Shown here one piece after another: positions 14,211 to 26,020 of a stretch of 64,000 nucleotides of DNA. The notes below the pieces were generated by a model. The model ran no database searches, was not told the DNA's origin, and saw only the letters and a program-made list of their open reading frames with translations. The translations under genes were made by a program, and so were the position numbers. The stretch is from Isurus oxyrinchus (Eukaryota): positions 4,030,001 to 4,094,000 of the forward strand of contig JANJGN010000034.1 of assembly GCA_026770705.1 (NCBI GenBank), read 5' to 3'. Within the stretch, counting starts at the first letter, position 1. Each line of letters begins with the position of its first letter.

Positions 14211-14246
14211 AAATAAAGAACTATCTGAAAGCTTCAGCTGATGCAG
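14211..14246 (+). CDS. Candidate 36-nt phase-1/phase-1 micro-exon, (E)IKNYLKASADA
   Basis: Strong CTACTTTTTTCCCCCAG acceptor and CAG|GTAAAA donor, open frame. Confidence 0.45.
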
Positions 14247-16643
14247 GTAAAAGAAAAAAAATGTTTAGTTTGTTCAGTGCCAACAACGGTTGGTTTCACA
14301 CTTAATACTCTGGAATTTCGCTCCCATTACATAGCTTCTGTGAAATTATGTGTTTCTTCCATATCTATGTGGGCATACAATTCAGAGTTAAATATCACGC
14401 ATAGAAAACAGCACATTTTGAGCCAATGATTTGTCTGCATTGTTACTGGAAGTAGCGTCTGTTTTTTTTTAAGTTGTAGATGGACATGAAAGGAAATTTA
14501 TGGATTGGTTGAGATGCAACCAGGATTTCTGCCTATCCGGCTGTAGCATTTAGGCGCAGGGTGTGACTTTAAGGTGATTTTGCTGCGTCTTTATATCCGT
14601 GATAATTTTACATTAAGTTACAGAAGTCGCAGAGAATCCAATTCAAAGCAACCACATCAATGCAAGCACATCACTACTGTACAGCTGTGTACAGCTTGAA
14701 CCTAATATATACTCTGAGGTGATGATCATCAGTGATGGGCATTGCGTGTTCAAGGAAGAAACACTTCCATGTGTTCACGTCGAAGAGTGGGTATGGGATC
14801 CCAGTGTATCCTTGAATGACTTACCATAAATGCAGATATTGCTCCAACATATACTATATGAATCACTGAAAGGATAAATTAGAACCACCAGTGTGAAATT
14901 TATCTCTGTGGGCTACATAGGAAATAACCTAAATATGCAAAAAAGATTTTAAAGGAAAGGAACGTGCCTCAGAATGCAATACAATGACGAATTTAAAAGA
15001 TGATTCGTTATGGCCAAATTAATCCAGAAAGAAGCAGACGCCTCATTTTCCTGGTGTTTGTAGTTTTTCAATTCAGAATTTACTGAAAACACATTACAAT
15101 TAAAGTAACGTTGTTATTTTCTCCCCTGAAATGTGCAAACTGTTTTCATTTTCTTATACATGATTGCTCTTCACAACAGAGGCACAGTTGTCCATCCAAC
15201 TTAAATGTAACGGAAAACAAATCTTGTATAAATTGTTAGTGATCCACATAAATGACAACTTCTCTTGGGAATTATTCTGTAATTTTAAAAAATGGAACTA
15301 GTCCTTTGATTTGAATTGAATTTCCTGGATACGATTTAGAAATGGATGCCTGTTTTCTCTACCGCCCAATTTTATTCTCAATTTAGAGTAAGGTTAGATA
15401 TCATTGCATTCCGGTACTGCACTGGGTTATGTACACTTCAGAGCGAATGGGGGAGCTTTTATTTTACGCCATTTGTATGGACCTTTTGGGATAACATCTC
15501 CTGGAATCCACTGTTTTCTTCACAGCAGAGGATTGTGCAATGTTTGATAATCAATAACACGGAATGGTCTTCGGATATTTAGGGAACATGACTATACTAG
15601 GTGCAATTGGAAAAAAAAAACATTGAATAAATGTATATAAAGTAAAACTCCAGACTTTCATGAAAGGATTTCACAGAGATTTCATTGAAACATTTAGGGT
15701 GTGCATGTTTGTGTATGTGTGTGTGTCGGTGTATGTGTGTGCTTCACCCTGGAATTCAAGAAACATGATTGCAAGGAACACAGTTGTAATGATATCACAG
15801 AAGTTGACAAATCTAATTACTATAGCAATAGGAACGACGATGAGAATTGTTTTTTGATTTGCTGAATATTGCCGTATAACAACTGTCTCGATATAGATTC
15901 CTTTAACTATTCATTATCATTGACTTCAAAGCAAATAAATATCTCGCAGGCCACATAATGGGCAGAGTAAGCATGACAACACTTTCTTTCCTTTATTTCT
16001 TTACATGGTAGCGAGGACTCGAGCAATGAGGAGCGCTGAAAGTTTTTTTTAAATCATTTTTCGTTTCCTAATAAGCTGTTGTCTTCCAAATAATTTTCCC
16101 ACAAAAATGGAAAGACAGCGCAATAAGGAAATAATTGTGGTCATGAACATTTACTCAGATAGATAGTGTCAGGCCTATGAATTACGACCATTAACTTACT
16201 TTGTTTCTGCAAACCTTAAAACGTTGCTTTAAAACATTCCATGAGTCTCCAGTAGTGAATGTTTCAATTTAATTTACGTCGCCAAATTTTACTCAGAAAT
16301 TTGACATATCTGCTAACTTTTGCCTTATTCAGTTGTTCCTTACATAGTTGCTGAAGGAGGCATACTTATGGGTTTCTCTCATCTGGACCATAATGCTAAC
16401 ACACTTTAATGAAGGATATTACTTCAAGTCCAGGACAACAAAATACAAAAAAAAAAAACAACTAAGGATCAAAAACGGTATACCGAAATAGACATACTAT
16501 TAATATATGGCATCAGCAGCGCAGAATCGTTTTCAAATGTAAAATTGGTGGTAACTAAATAACGGTTGGAAAGAGAGAATTGCTATCAGCTGTTGATAAA
16601 TGAATTGTTGCTCCATGTAATTGCAAGTGACGTTGATTTCCAG

Positions 16644-16667
16644 AACTAAGAAGCTGCATAGAACTGA
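16644..16667 (+). CDS. Candidate 24-nt phase-1/phase-1 micro-exon, (E)LRSCIEL
   Basis: TTGATTTCCAG acceptor, A|GTGAGT donor, open frame. Confidence 0.3.
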
Positions 16668-17065
16668 GTGAGTAATACAGCAATGTGAATATAAAATATA
16701 CAAAAAAACCGTTGCTTTTGGTAAAAATTTCCATTTATGTTTCAGAGGTGATCTAGCATGAAATGAGTTGTTTCACATTCCCTGATTTAAAATTATTGAT
16801 ACCATACACACTGATAGAGTAGCAGCTCTTCATTGATGACACATAAACGTGTGAAAAATGGAAAAATATCCAGAGTGGGAAAGTGCTTTGTACATGTGCG
16901 TAAATACTGTTTCAACTGGGAGTGTTCCTGCCTGTGTAATACAACAGGAGAGTTGCTATCTCTGAAGCTGCGACAATGTAAACACACAGAGCTTTAAATA
17001 TTGTCCATCCCTGTTAAGCCTTCAGATTTGAGGTCTTAACTGAATTGATTGTCAATTTCAATCAG

Positions 17066-17095
17066 GTGTCAAGAAAAAAGCCCGAGTGAGAAGAG
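17066..17095 (+). CDS. Candidate 30-nt phase-1/phase-1 micro-exon, xVKKKARVRR
   Basis: TTTCAATCAG acceptor, GAG|GTAAGG donor, open polybasic frame. Confidence 0.4.
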
Positions 17096-18829
17096 GTAAG
17101 GAATGTACAAAAAAAACGGTGTTGCTTTATTCACGAAATACATGTCATGAATTGTGTCATTAGTTCTCCTCCTTTCTTTCTGTTTTGTTTCGCATTGAAA
17201 TAAAATAACAGGACTATTGTATCATATAGTTTCTATCATATTTTATGCATAAAACATGTTGACATGTGTTTACCTAACTTGCGACATTCACCACGGAGAA
17301 TATACTCCAAATGCTCATTTGGAATATTAGAATGACGCTAAGTGTTCTTGCCGCAAAGAGAAATGTAAGCATGCTTAGCTCAGCAGCAAAAGAGAGGAGT
17401 TGGGTGTTGAGTAGAAAGGAATTAGGGTCACATGCACGCAGGGAGGGATGTTGAATAGTTGATAAATAAACTCACCCAAATTAGAATATTATGAGCACGT
17501 TGGAGTTTATGAACTGTTACGGCACCTTCCCAGCCCCGTTTAACTGTTCGTGTTTTGCTCCCATTAGTTGATTTTAGTTCAGGTTTTCCACTTTGGTTAT
17601 AAATAGCAAACAGACAGTTTTTGAAAAGACAATGAAACGGGAGGCAAACGTCTCTACCTGTCTTCTGCAGAATTGTTTTCATCAGTATACCTCCAGGAAG
17701 CACGCAATTCTGGATCAGATTTTCGGGCAAAATGTGGGTGAAATGAATCAAATAACTTTTATGGGAAAGCTATAAAAAATCACATTCAGGTTACCATGTA
17801 CGTTAGCTATGGAAACTGGAAAGGCTTGTCAAGAAATGATTCTTTAAATGTCCAACTTAAATGGAGTAAGCACGTTAACGATGCAGGTGAGTGGGAATCA
17901 GAGTAACTGATCAATGGTCTGTCTTTAACAGCAAGAAGGATTGGGGAATGGGAGCAGTGTTGGTGGGGGTTACGGGCAAGGATATAATATAAATATCTCC
18001 ATCCATTATTACATAATTGTTGAAAGATGGAGGAGAATTAGGGTGCAATGACTTGGATAAGGTTCATTAAACAATTCCGAACTAGAAGAAAAATGGAAGA
18101 TTCATTGACAAAGTGAATACAAAATAACATCAACAAAGAACAAGTGTGAGAAGGGACTTTCAGCGCACGCAAATTTAAATTGCATCTTCGCTTATGGACA
18201 TAAAATAGTGTTTGAAAGGAAGAAAAGCAGAGTCAGAGTTATTAACGCATTTTCAGGCGATTTAGGATCGGAGGCATGGGAAATGAGTGACTTACCAAAT
18301 TAATTGTTTCAATTTGTTATTAAGGGTTGAATATTCCACCCAAATCGTAGTGAAACCGTCAGCTGAGACAAAGGATGACCAAAAACACAATGGTAAATAC
18401 GAGTTATTAGGAATGCTGTCTGTACGTAAGGTTTATAGTTCAACGTGTTCTATGCGAAGCGTGCAATTAATTAAACGCTGGAAAGACTGTTAATAATTTT
18501 CTAATCATCCTCAGTTGCAGCTCAGTGCTGGGGGAGAGAATGATCCGAAGTCTTCCAGCATTTGTTTGAGTGAAGAATAGTGGAAATGCAGGCCGGGGAT
18601 CTGGTGCACAGACGTTCGGTTTACGTTCAATGTTGGGAAAGATTTCAGTGACAATAATTTGAGACCAAAAAAAAACAGTTGATCGAACAAACATGAATAA
18701 AAGAAACAAATCAAGTAAAGGAATTCTATTATATCCTTTCAACAGCAAATCGATTTTACCTAGACTGCTTGAGATTTTGGATCTAGTTACAGGGGCGGTT
18801 GATCATATTTACACATTTTTTTTAAAGCG

Positions 18830-21420
18830 TAAAGGGAAGACATTTGGCCTATGATTTCTAAAACTGCCACCAGAATAAGCAATTCACTTATTGCAATTCT
18901 CCTGACCTCTACCAAATGACAGTCCATTATTATTTTCGATGCTTCAATTGAATGTTAATCCACCACACTCTAAGGCGGTGAATTCCAGACCTGAAGCACG
19001 TGCTTCCTAAAAGAAAGATAAAGCAACATATCGCATTTCTTCTTTACCAAATTAATTTACATTTTTGCCCTTTCGTTCTCTAACCACTTTAGAGTGGGGA
19101 CAGATTCTCCCTATCTCGTTGTCCAGAGAGCGCATGGTTTTCATTACTTCTATCAAGTCTCCTCTCAGCCTTTCTTCCTCAAGGAAAGCAAGGAACTTTT
19201 CCAATCTATCCTCCTAACTAAAGTTTCTGATTCCTTGAAACATTGTCGTCAATCTTTCTTTTCTTTTTCAGAGTTTATCCCAATGAGTCCATGTTCTTCC
19301 AAAAGTGTGGAGCACAGAACTGGACACAATTCTCCAGCTGAGGCCTAGTTAATGTTTGAAACATTTGCAACATATATTAGCTACATTAACTTCTTACTCT
19401 TGTAAATTATGTCTATGTGTCATAAAGTCTAGTGATACTGCTTGTTATTTTTAGCTCTTTTCCGAGACTGCCCTGCTGCTTTAAATGATGTGCATGTATA
19501 AAACAGAATCCATTTGTTCCTGAGGACCCTGAAATGTAGTTCCTTCGGGTTATATTGCCTTTCAACGTTTTCATTCACAAACTGAATCACTTCATATTTT
19601 TGAATATTTAATTTCATCTGCCACATGTCAGCCCATTCACCCAGCTTGTCTATGGCCTTTTTAAGTCTTCAAGGTGAGTGGCTTGGAGCGGAGATTCAAG
19701 GTTTCAAATTCCCATGTATCTACTGTCCTTGACCTTCTTGTTGTTAGTTGTCATTTCTTTGGCAGCTGCTGCCATAGGATGCTTGTTGAGTGTCTGCAAT
19801 GCTCCTTGTAAATTGTATGCACTGCTGCCACGATTTGTCGGCAATGGAGGTAATGACTATTTCGGGAAGGAAGGCCAATCAATCGGGTGGTGTTGTACTT
19901 GATGGTTACAAGCTTCTTGAGTGTTTCTGGAACTGCACTGATGCAGGCATGTGGTGAGTTTTCCATCAAATAACGGACCTGTGCTTTGTAGTCGGTGGTC
20001 AGGTGTTGGGAAGCAGGAGACGTGCTAGTCGCCGCATGTTTCCTTGACTTTGACCTGTTCTTGTAGCTATAGGGATGGCATGGCTTGTCCTGTTCAGCTT
20101 CTGCAAATCGTAATCCCCATGATGTGGACAATGGGGGATGTAACAATGGAAGTTCATTGAATATCAAGGTGCGATGCTTTGTTTTTCTCTTGTTGGAGAT
20201 TGCCATTGCCATTGCCAGGACACTGTTTGGTGTGAATGTTATTTGTCCCTTTTCAGCTGAAGCCTGGTAATGTCCAGGTCTTGCTGGGTTTGCTCAAGGG
20301 CTGTCCATTTCTTACAGATCAGTTCGTAACATTTTTAAATTTACTTCCCCTCGGTTATATATCTTTTAATCTGTATTGCACTTTGTCCTTTTCCGTGACT
20401 TTTGGAAAACATGGAATTCAATCATCGCTATGCACTAAATGTTCTTCATATGAAACTTGTTCCATTTTCCCGACCTCACACCCAAGAATCAAATCTAGCA
20501 CTGCCCATTTTTTTCTTGTTGAGGTGAAAATAAGCAGCTGCAGCAAATATTCATATATGCAGTCGAGGAATACTTTCCCCCTCTGTGCCCATTAAACACA
20601 TATTATCCCATTCTTTATTTGAGCAAGCATCAGCCCAGATATCCTTCTGGAACCTATCAATAATTTGCTTGCCATTCTGCCAATTTTTTTATCCTTTACT
20701 CTAGTTGGTGCCCTATGGAATACACAGCTAAGTTTGCTTATGCCTTTCTTGTCCATTACCTCAGGCCAAGTATATGAAGCCCTTGAACCCGCTGGACTCC
20801 AGCTTTCAGCAAGAGTGCAAACATATTCTAAATCAATACGGCCTGCTCTCCTCCTTTGCTTCCTTTCCGAACTTTCCTGAATACATTGTATACAGGAATA
20901 TAGCGTATGCATTATTGTATTTCATTGAGCCAGGTCTCTGTTATAGCCCTAATATAATTTTATAAATATTTCATTCACACCTGTAATTCAAAAATCACAT
21001 TTCCTCTTTTGTTGCATTCACATACATGCCCAATAGTCATCAATTAAGTTTGAACCCAACTGTTTTATTCGGACCCTACAATTAACATATTATTCAATAT
21101 TCTAACGTTATTTCCAGAGCACGATGAGCATTTTCTTCCCCTCTGATATCGTCATCTTGTTACCATAACTATCAAAGTAAATTTGAACCCTCCACAACAT
21201 CATCAGCAAAACGTGCTACAATTAACTCAATGCAGGCTTAATTTAGTTGCGCTCAATCTGGCCTACACAGTTCTCATCTCCACCACAACCTTTCTGGATA
21301 GATGAAGATTCTAAATGTATTCATACTGCACGATATTTTCTAGAACATATGCATCTACATATATCCACTTATTTACATGCAAATGCAAGGGATACTGGAA
21401 ATAAATGTGAGATTCCTAAT
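18830..21420 (-). mobile_element. Nested decayed CR1 fragments, with a second CR1-clade family at ~19670-20300
   Basis: ORF track WQMKLNIQKYEVIQF (cf. WQMxFNxxKCEVIHF). Segment 19670-20300 is the reverse complement of the family at 23900-24400. Confidence 0.65.
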
Positions 21421-22199
21421 TTCCAGTTTGGTTGCTAATTCTCGCCCCACCTCCCTCCCCACGCCCCACCCCCCACTCCATTCCCTAAGTTCTAAGTGCT
21501 ATACATCATCGATCTTCTTGCCCGTAATCTTACTACCAATGTGGCACATTAATACCAGTTGTTCACCACCCCAACTCTGTATGCTTTGTTGTAGCTTAGT
21601 TAAATCATTGATAATAATAACAGAGATGAACACACTATCCTGGATTCACATCTGCGCCTAGCTATTGTTGTAACTATCGAATTTCCTTTCTCTCTTGCTC
21701 TTTCCATCTTCCCTGTACCGCCCTGACCAGCTGTGCTACTTGTGGTGCTACAGGCGTTTCTCCGGCTGGACTCTCCAAGTAATCAACCAATGTCATCAAA
21801 ACTCGGAACTGACTCCTTTCTGGACATGGCGATGCAAACCACGCACTCCTGTATTATATTATCTTTTGGCTATTCATTGCCACTCTGCCTGCAAATTTTA
21901 AAGCTGACAGTGGACTGAATATATAAACGTAGATCTCCCCGCCACACTGGTGTATCGCAGTGACGTCAGCTGCACAGAAATATCTGAAACCGGCAGCTCA
22001 AAAAGGTGAAACTAATGACAACGACCTGGCCAAATAGTTGTGAATGCATGGGGGATGACGTGGATTTCCTACATAGCACCTGGTCTTTGAAACGCATGAC
22101 GTTACATTACATCAGGTGAAACTTGGGCAAAGAAACATTCAGCTGATAATTATGTACATTTTCCTTCTTAGTCTTCTGTAATCTTCAATGTTGAACCAT

Positions 22200-24730
22200 A
22201 CTTTGAGGAAGCATTGAGAGTGGCAAGGGCGTAGAGGTTACTTTGTGTAGTTGGGTTCAATCATCAAGATTCCCTCGGTAACACGAGTAAAGACCGAGGT
22301 GTTGAGTCCTAAAGGGCATAGCTGTTAGTCTGGTTCTGGGTAGGTGGTGACTGAACCAACAGGAGGGAGAAATAAACTTGACCTCACCTTCACCAACCTA
22401 CCTGCCACAGAAGTACCTGTCCATTAGCCTATTCGTCGCAGAGGCCACCTCAATATCCGTGTGGAGGCGAAATTCCAGTTTATCAATCAGGATTCCCTCC
22501 ATCGTGTTGCCTCACTCTACCACAATTCTAGGTAGCATATATTTCGAATAAACATTACACCTCATGAATGCACACCCATGAGCCGCTGTGGGCCACTACC
22601 CACAGAAGCAGAGATTTACTCAACTACAACCAGTGGACTCGTGGATCGGCATATTTACAACTATACCATTACCACATACCCTCCTGCATTTTTCCTTGAC
22701 CCCCGCTTGACCACTTGCAAGTGATCAAGCAGGGGTCAATGAAAAGTGCAGGAGGGTATGTCAGGAGCAGAACCAGGCATAATGCCAAAGATTAGGTGTC
22801 ATTCTGGTGAAGCAACAACACAAGAATACTTCAGTGCCAAGCAGCGTAAGCGGCCAGTGTCCTCAATTGCTGTGTGATTCAGCAGACAACAGAGCAGTTC
22901 AAAGCTCTGCAGCCCATTGCCATTCAGTCACGAATTGCTTTGGCCCATTAAACAACTCATGGAGGGGGAGACACCATATATGTCCCTACCCTAAAAGATG
23001 TGTTTGTTAGGGCAGTGGTGGAGAGGGAGCTCTTCAGTCAAAAAAAATGCCTGCAGCATAGTAAACATTCTTCAGTCAAAAATGTCGATTGGATGATCCA
23101 TTTAGCCACCCCAGTAGGTGTTCAGCTTCATGGATGCTGGACTTCAGCCCATTCGATTCACTCCACGGGATACCAAGAAACGGCACAAGGCAAAATATAC
23201 TGTAAAGGTTATGGGCACTGACAATATTCTGGCAATGCTCCTGAAGACTTGTGGTCCAGATCTTGCAACGCTCTTACCAAAGCTCTTCCAGTACATCTAC
23301 AACACTGGCATTTATGCGGAAATGTGCAAATAAGCCCAGTCAGCTTCTTTTTTATTAGATGCAGTGCAAAACAAACCGGACAATTAGGGCCACATCCTCC
23401 TGCTCTTGAAAATACGCAAAGTTTTGGAAGGGGTCATGTATACTCCGATAATGCGGCATTTACTTAAAAAAAACCTTCTCCCTGATGTTCAGTTTTGGTG
23501 CGCCTGAGCAACTCAGCTCCTGTCCTGATTGCACCCTTGGTTAAAACATCGACAAGAGTCTGAAAACCAGAGGCGAGGTGAGAGTATCTGCATTTGACAT
23601 CAAGAATCATTTAAGCTAATGTGCCATCAAGAAGCCCAAGTAAATCTGGAGTCAATGAGAATCAGGAGCCATGCCTTGCACACAGGATGATTGTATTGGT
23701 ACTTGGAGGTCAATCAACACAGTTCCTGAGTATCATTGCAGGATTTCCTAAGGTTGGGCTCTAGACCCAACCATCTTCAAATACTTCGTCAATGAGCTTT
23801 CTTCCATCCTAAAGTCAGACGTTCGTATGTTCACTCATGATTGCATAATGCTCAGCATCATTCAGAACTCGCATATATTGAAGCTGCCCATGTCCAAATG
23901 TGGTAAGTCCTGAACATTGTTCGAGAGTGAGCTGATAAGTAACTAGTGTCATTCCTGCCATTGAAACGCCAGGCAAAGGCCATCGCCACCAGCCGAGGCC
24001 ATAACTATCGCCTATTGATATTCAGTGGCATTAAAATCGCTGAAATTCAACGAACAACATCCTGGGGATTGCCATTGACCAACAACTGAAATAGACTAGC
24101 CACATAATTACTTAGCCAAAAGCAGAGGTCAGAGGTTTGCAATACTAATTCGATGTCTGAAATCTTGCACCCCCTTTCCCACACCTCCAAAAGCTGCCCA
24201 TCATCTACAATGCACATCCCAGGAATATGATGGAATACTGACCATATGACAGAATGAGTGCAGCTCTAAAAAGACCCAGGGATCTTGACATCATGTCACA
24301 TAAGGGCACCAACAAGACTGGCACCTTATTCACAAACATTATTGCCATCCACAAATGACACGTTTTAGCAGCAGTGTGCAACATATGCAATATGAGCTAT
24401 TAGAACTCAGCAAGTCTCGTTAGACATGATCTTCTGAACCCAAGACTGCTACCATTTAGATTGACCAGAACAGCAGATGGCTGGGACACTAGTACCTTGA
24501 TGTTCCCTCAGGTCGCTCAACACCCTGGCTTGTATATCTTTGTTGTCTCACTGTCGCTGAGTCAAATTCCTGGAACTCATGACCCCAATGCACTGTATGT
24601 GCAGCTCAAAGCATGCACTGCATTGGCTCAAGGATGCAGTTTATTAACACCTTCTCATGGGCAATTAGGGATGCAGAATCAATGCTGGTTTAACCAAGGA
24701 CGCCAACATTCCAAGAATGATTCTTTAAAA
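22200..24730 (+). mobile_element. Decayed CR1-clade LINE ORF2 (endonuclease remnant, RT, 3' UTR)
   Basis: KVMGTDNILAMLLKTCGPDLATLLPKLFQYIYNTGIY (ORF 23118-23333); SAFDIK and MFTHDC (degenerate FADD) RT motifs; family-typical 3' tail at ~24660-24730. Confidence 0.8.
22674..22761. repeat. 88-bp spacerless inverted repeat (44-bp arms, 40/44 matched)
   Basis: ACATACCCTCCTGCA...CACTTG|CAAGTG...TGCAGGAGGGTATGT, with the centre between 22717 and 22718. Confidence 0.95.
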
Positions 24731-25689
24731 ATAAAATCGCAGTTTTGTTTCAAGGCAAGGACTGGAGCTGCTTCCTGCCTCTTGCTTGTCCGAATCGCAA
24801 GTTACTCTTGTTAGTGACAGTTAACAAATCCTAAAGTAATGTCATACATGTGGCTTCCACTTCTGTCAGAGTGAGTAAATTTCTCTTCGCTGATGGATCG
24901 TGATGTCCTCACTGTCTACAACTGTTCAACAACTCTGAGTCGAACTTTCTCGAGATGAAGAAATTCACTACAGTTCTGCATGCATTGGATAGCATTACAA
25001 TCGCAAGTCTTCCACGTCCTGCACATCTGTTACGCTTCTGCTGCTCTCACAGACGGACTTTAATATTTTTATTAAAAATTGTTTTATACAGTTAATTTGT
25101 CAGGTTAATAGTTTTGTTCACGCTTAACTAATTCAATATCTAGCTAAAATGCTAAAAGTATAAATTATTAGAAAAATACATATCCCTGGCCATAGTGAAA
25201 ACAAAATACCAGCTGTATAAAACTTCTCGCTCTGCACCGAATTCCCCAGCCAAGAATGTCTCAGTTTCAATCTGCTTAGCAATCCAAGCAATTTTACTAG
25301 GCAATTCACTGCAGATTTATCAGGATATTTACCTCGCTACATACTTATTTCACTTGTATGAATAAATCCAATATCAAGAAGTTACTATGTAATATTGCCA
25401 TTGAGCTTCCAATGTGCTTTATGTGCTCCAATACCATTTTCCTAGGGTCATATATCCTGCATTCTTATTGTTTTACACGGAAGCTAATTAAAGATTACAT
25501 TTTCAAGTTTATAACTCACGGCAATTGTAATAGTAGCCTTCAGACGCAACCGCTCAAGACAACTTTTTAAAAATATTATTCTTAAACTCCAAATAAGCAT
25601 GCTACATTTTAGAATTTAGAATATTAAAGATGATGTATTTGAAGCATATTAGAACCAGAAGCAATTCGACAGTTCAAATACTAGCAGCA

Positions 25690-26020
25690 TGTTTCTACTT
25701 CTGCACAATCTATAGCCGGGGGGAAGATTACAACAAATAAGGGTCCTGTTTAAGACAGCGATGAGGAGATGGTACTTCTAAGGGAGGCTGTATGTATTTA
25801 GAATTATTTCCACTGAAAACATTGGAGGCTGATCAATGCGTACATTAAAGGCTTATCTTTTACTTTTGATTTTTGATTTTTGAACGATGAGGGATTCAGG
25901 TGTTATGGATGGGGATGATCAAAGTGCAGTAAAGGCCGCATGCAATTGCACCAACCGTCATCTTATTGAATTGTGAAGCAGGCTAGGTATTCCAAATGTA
26001 CCATTCTTGCTCCTGTTACT
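25690..26020 (+). mobile_element. CR1 3' end
   Basis: AAATAAGGGTCCTGTTTAAGACAGCGATGAGGAGA... through ...CATTCTTGCTCCTGTT, matching the CR1 3' end pattern. Confidence 0.65.
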
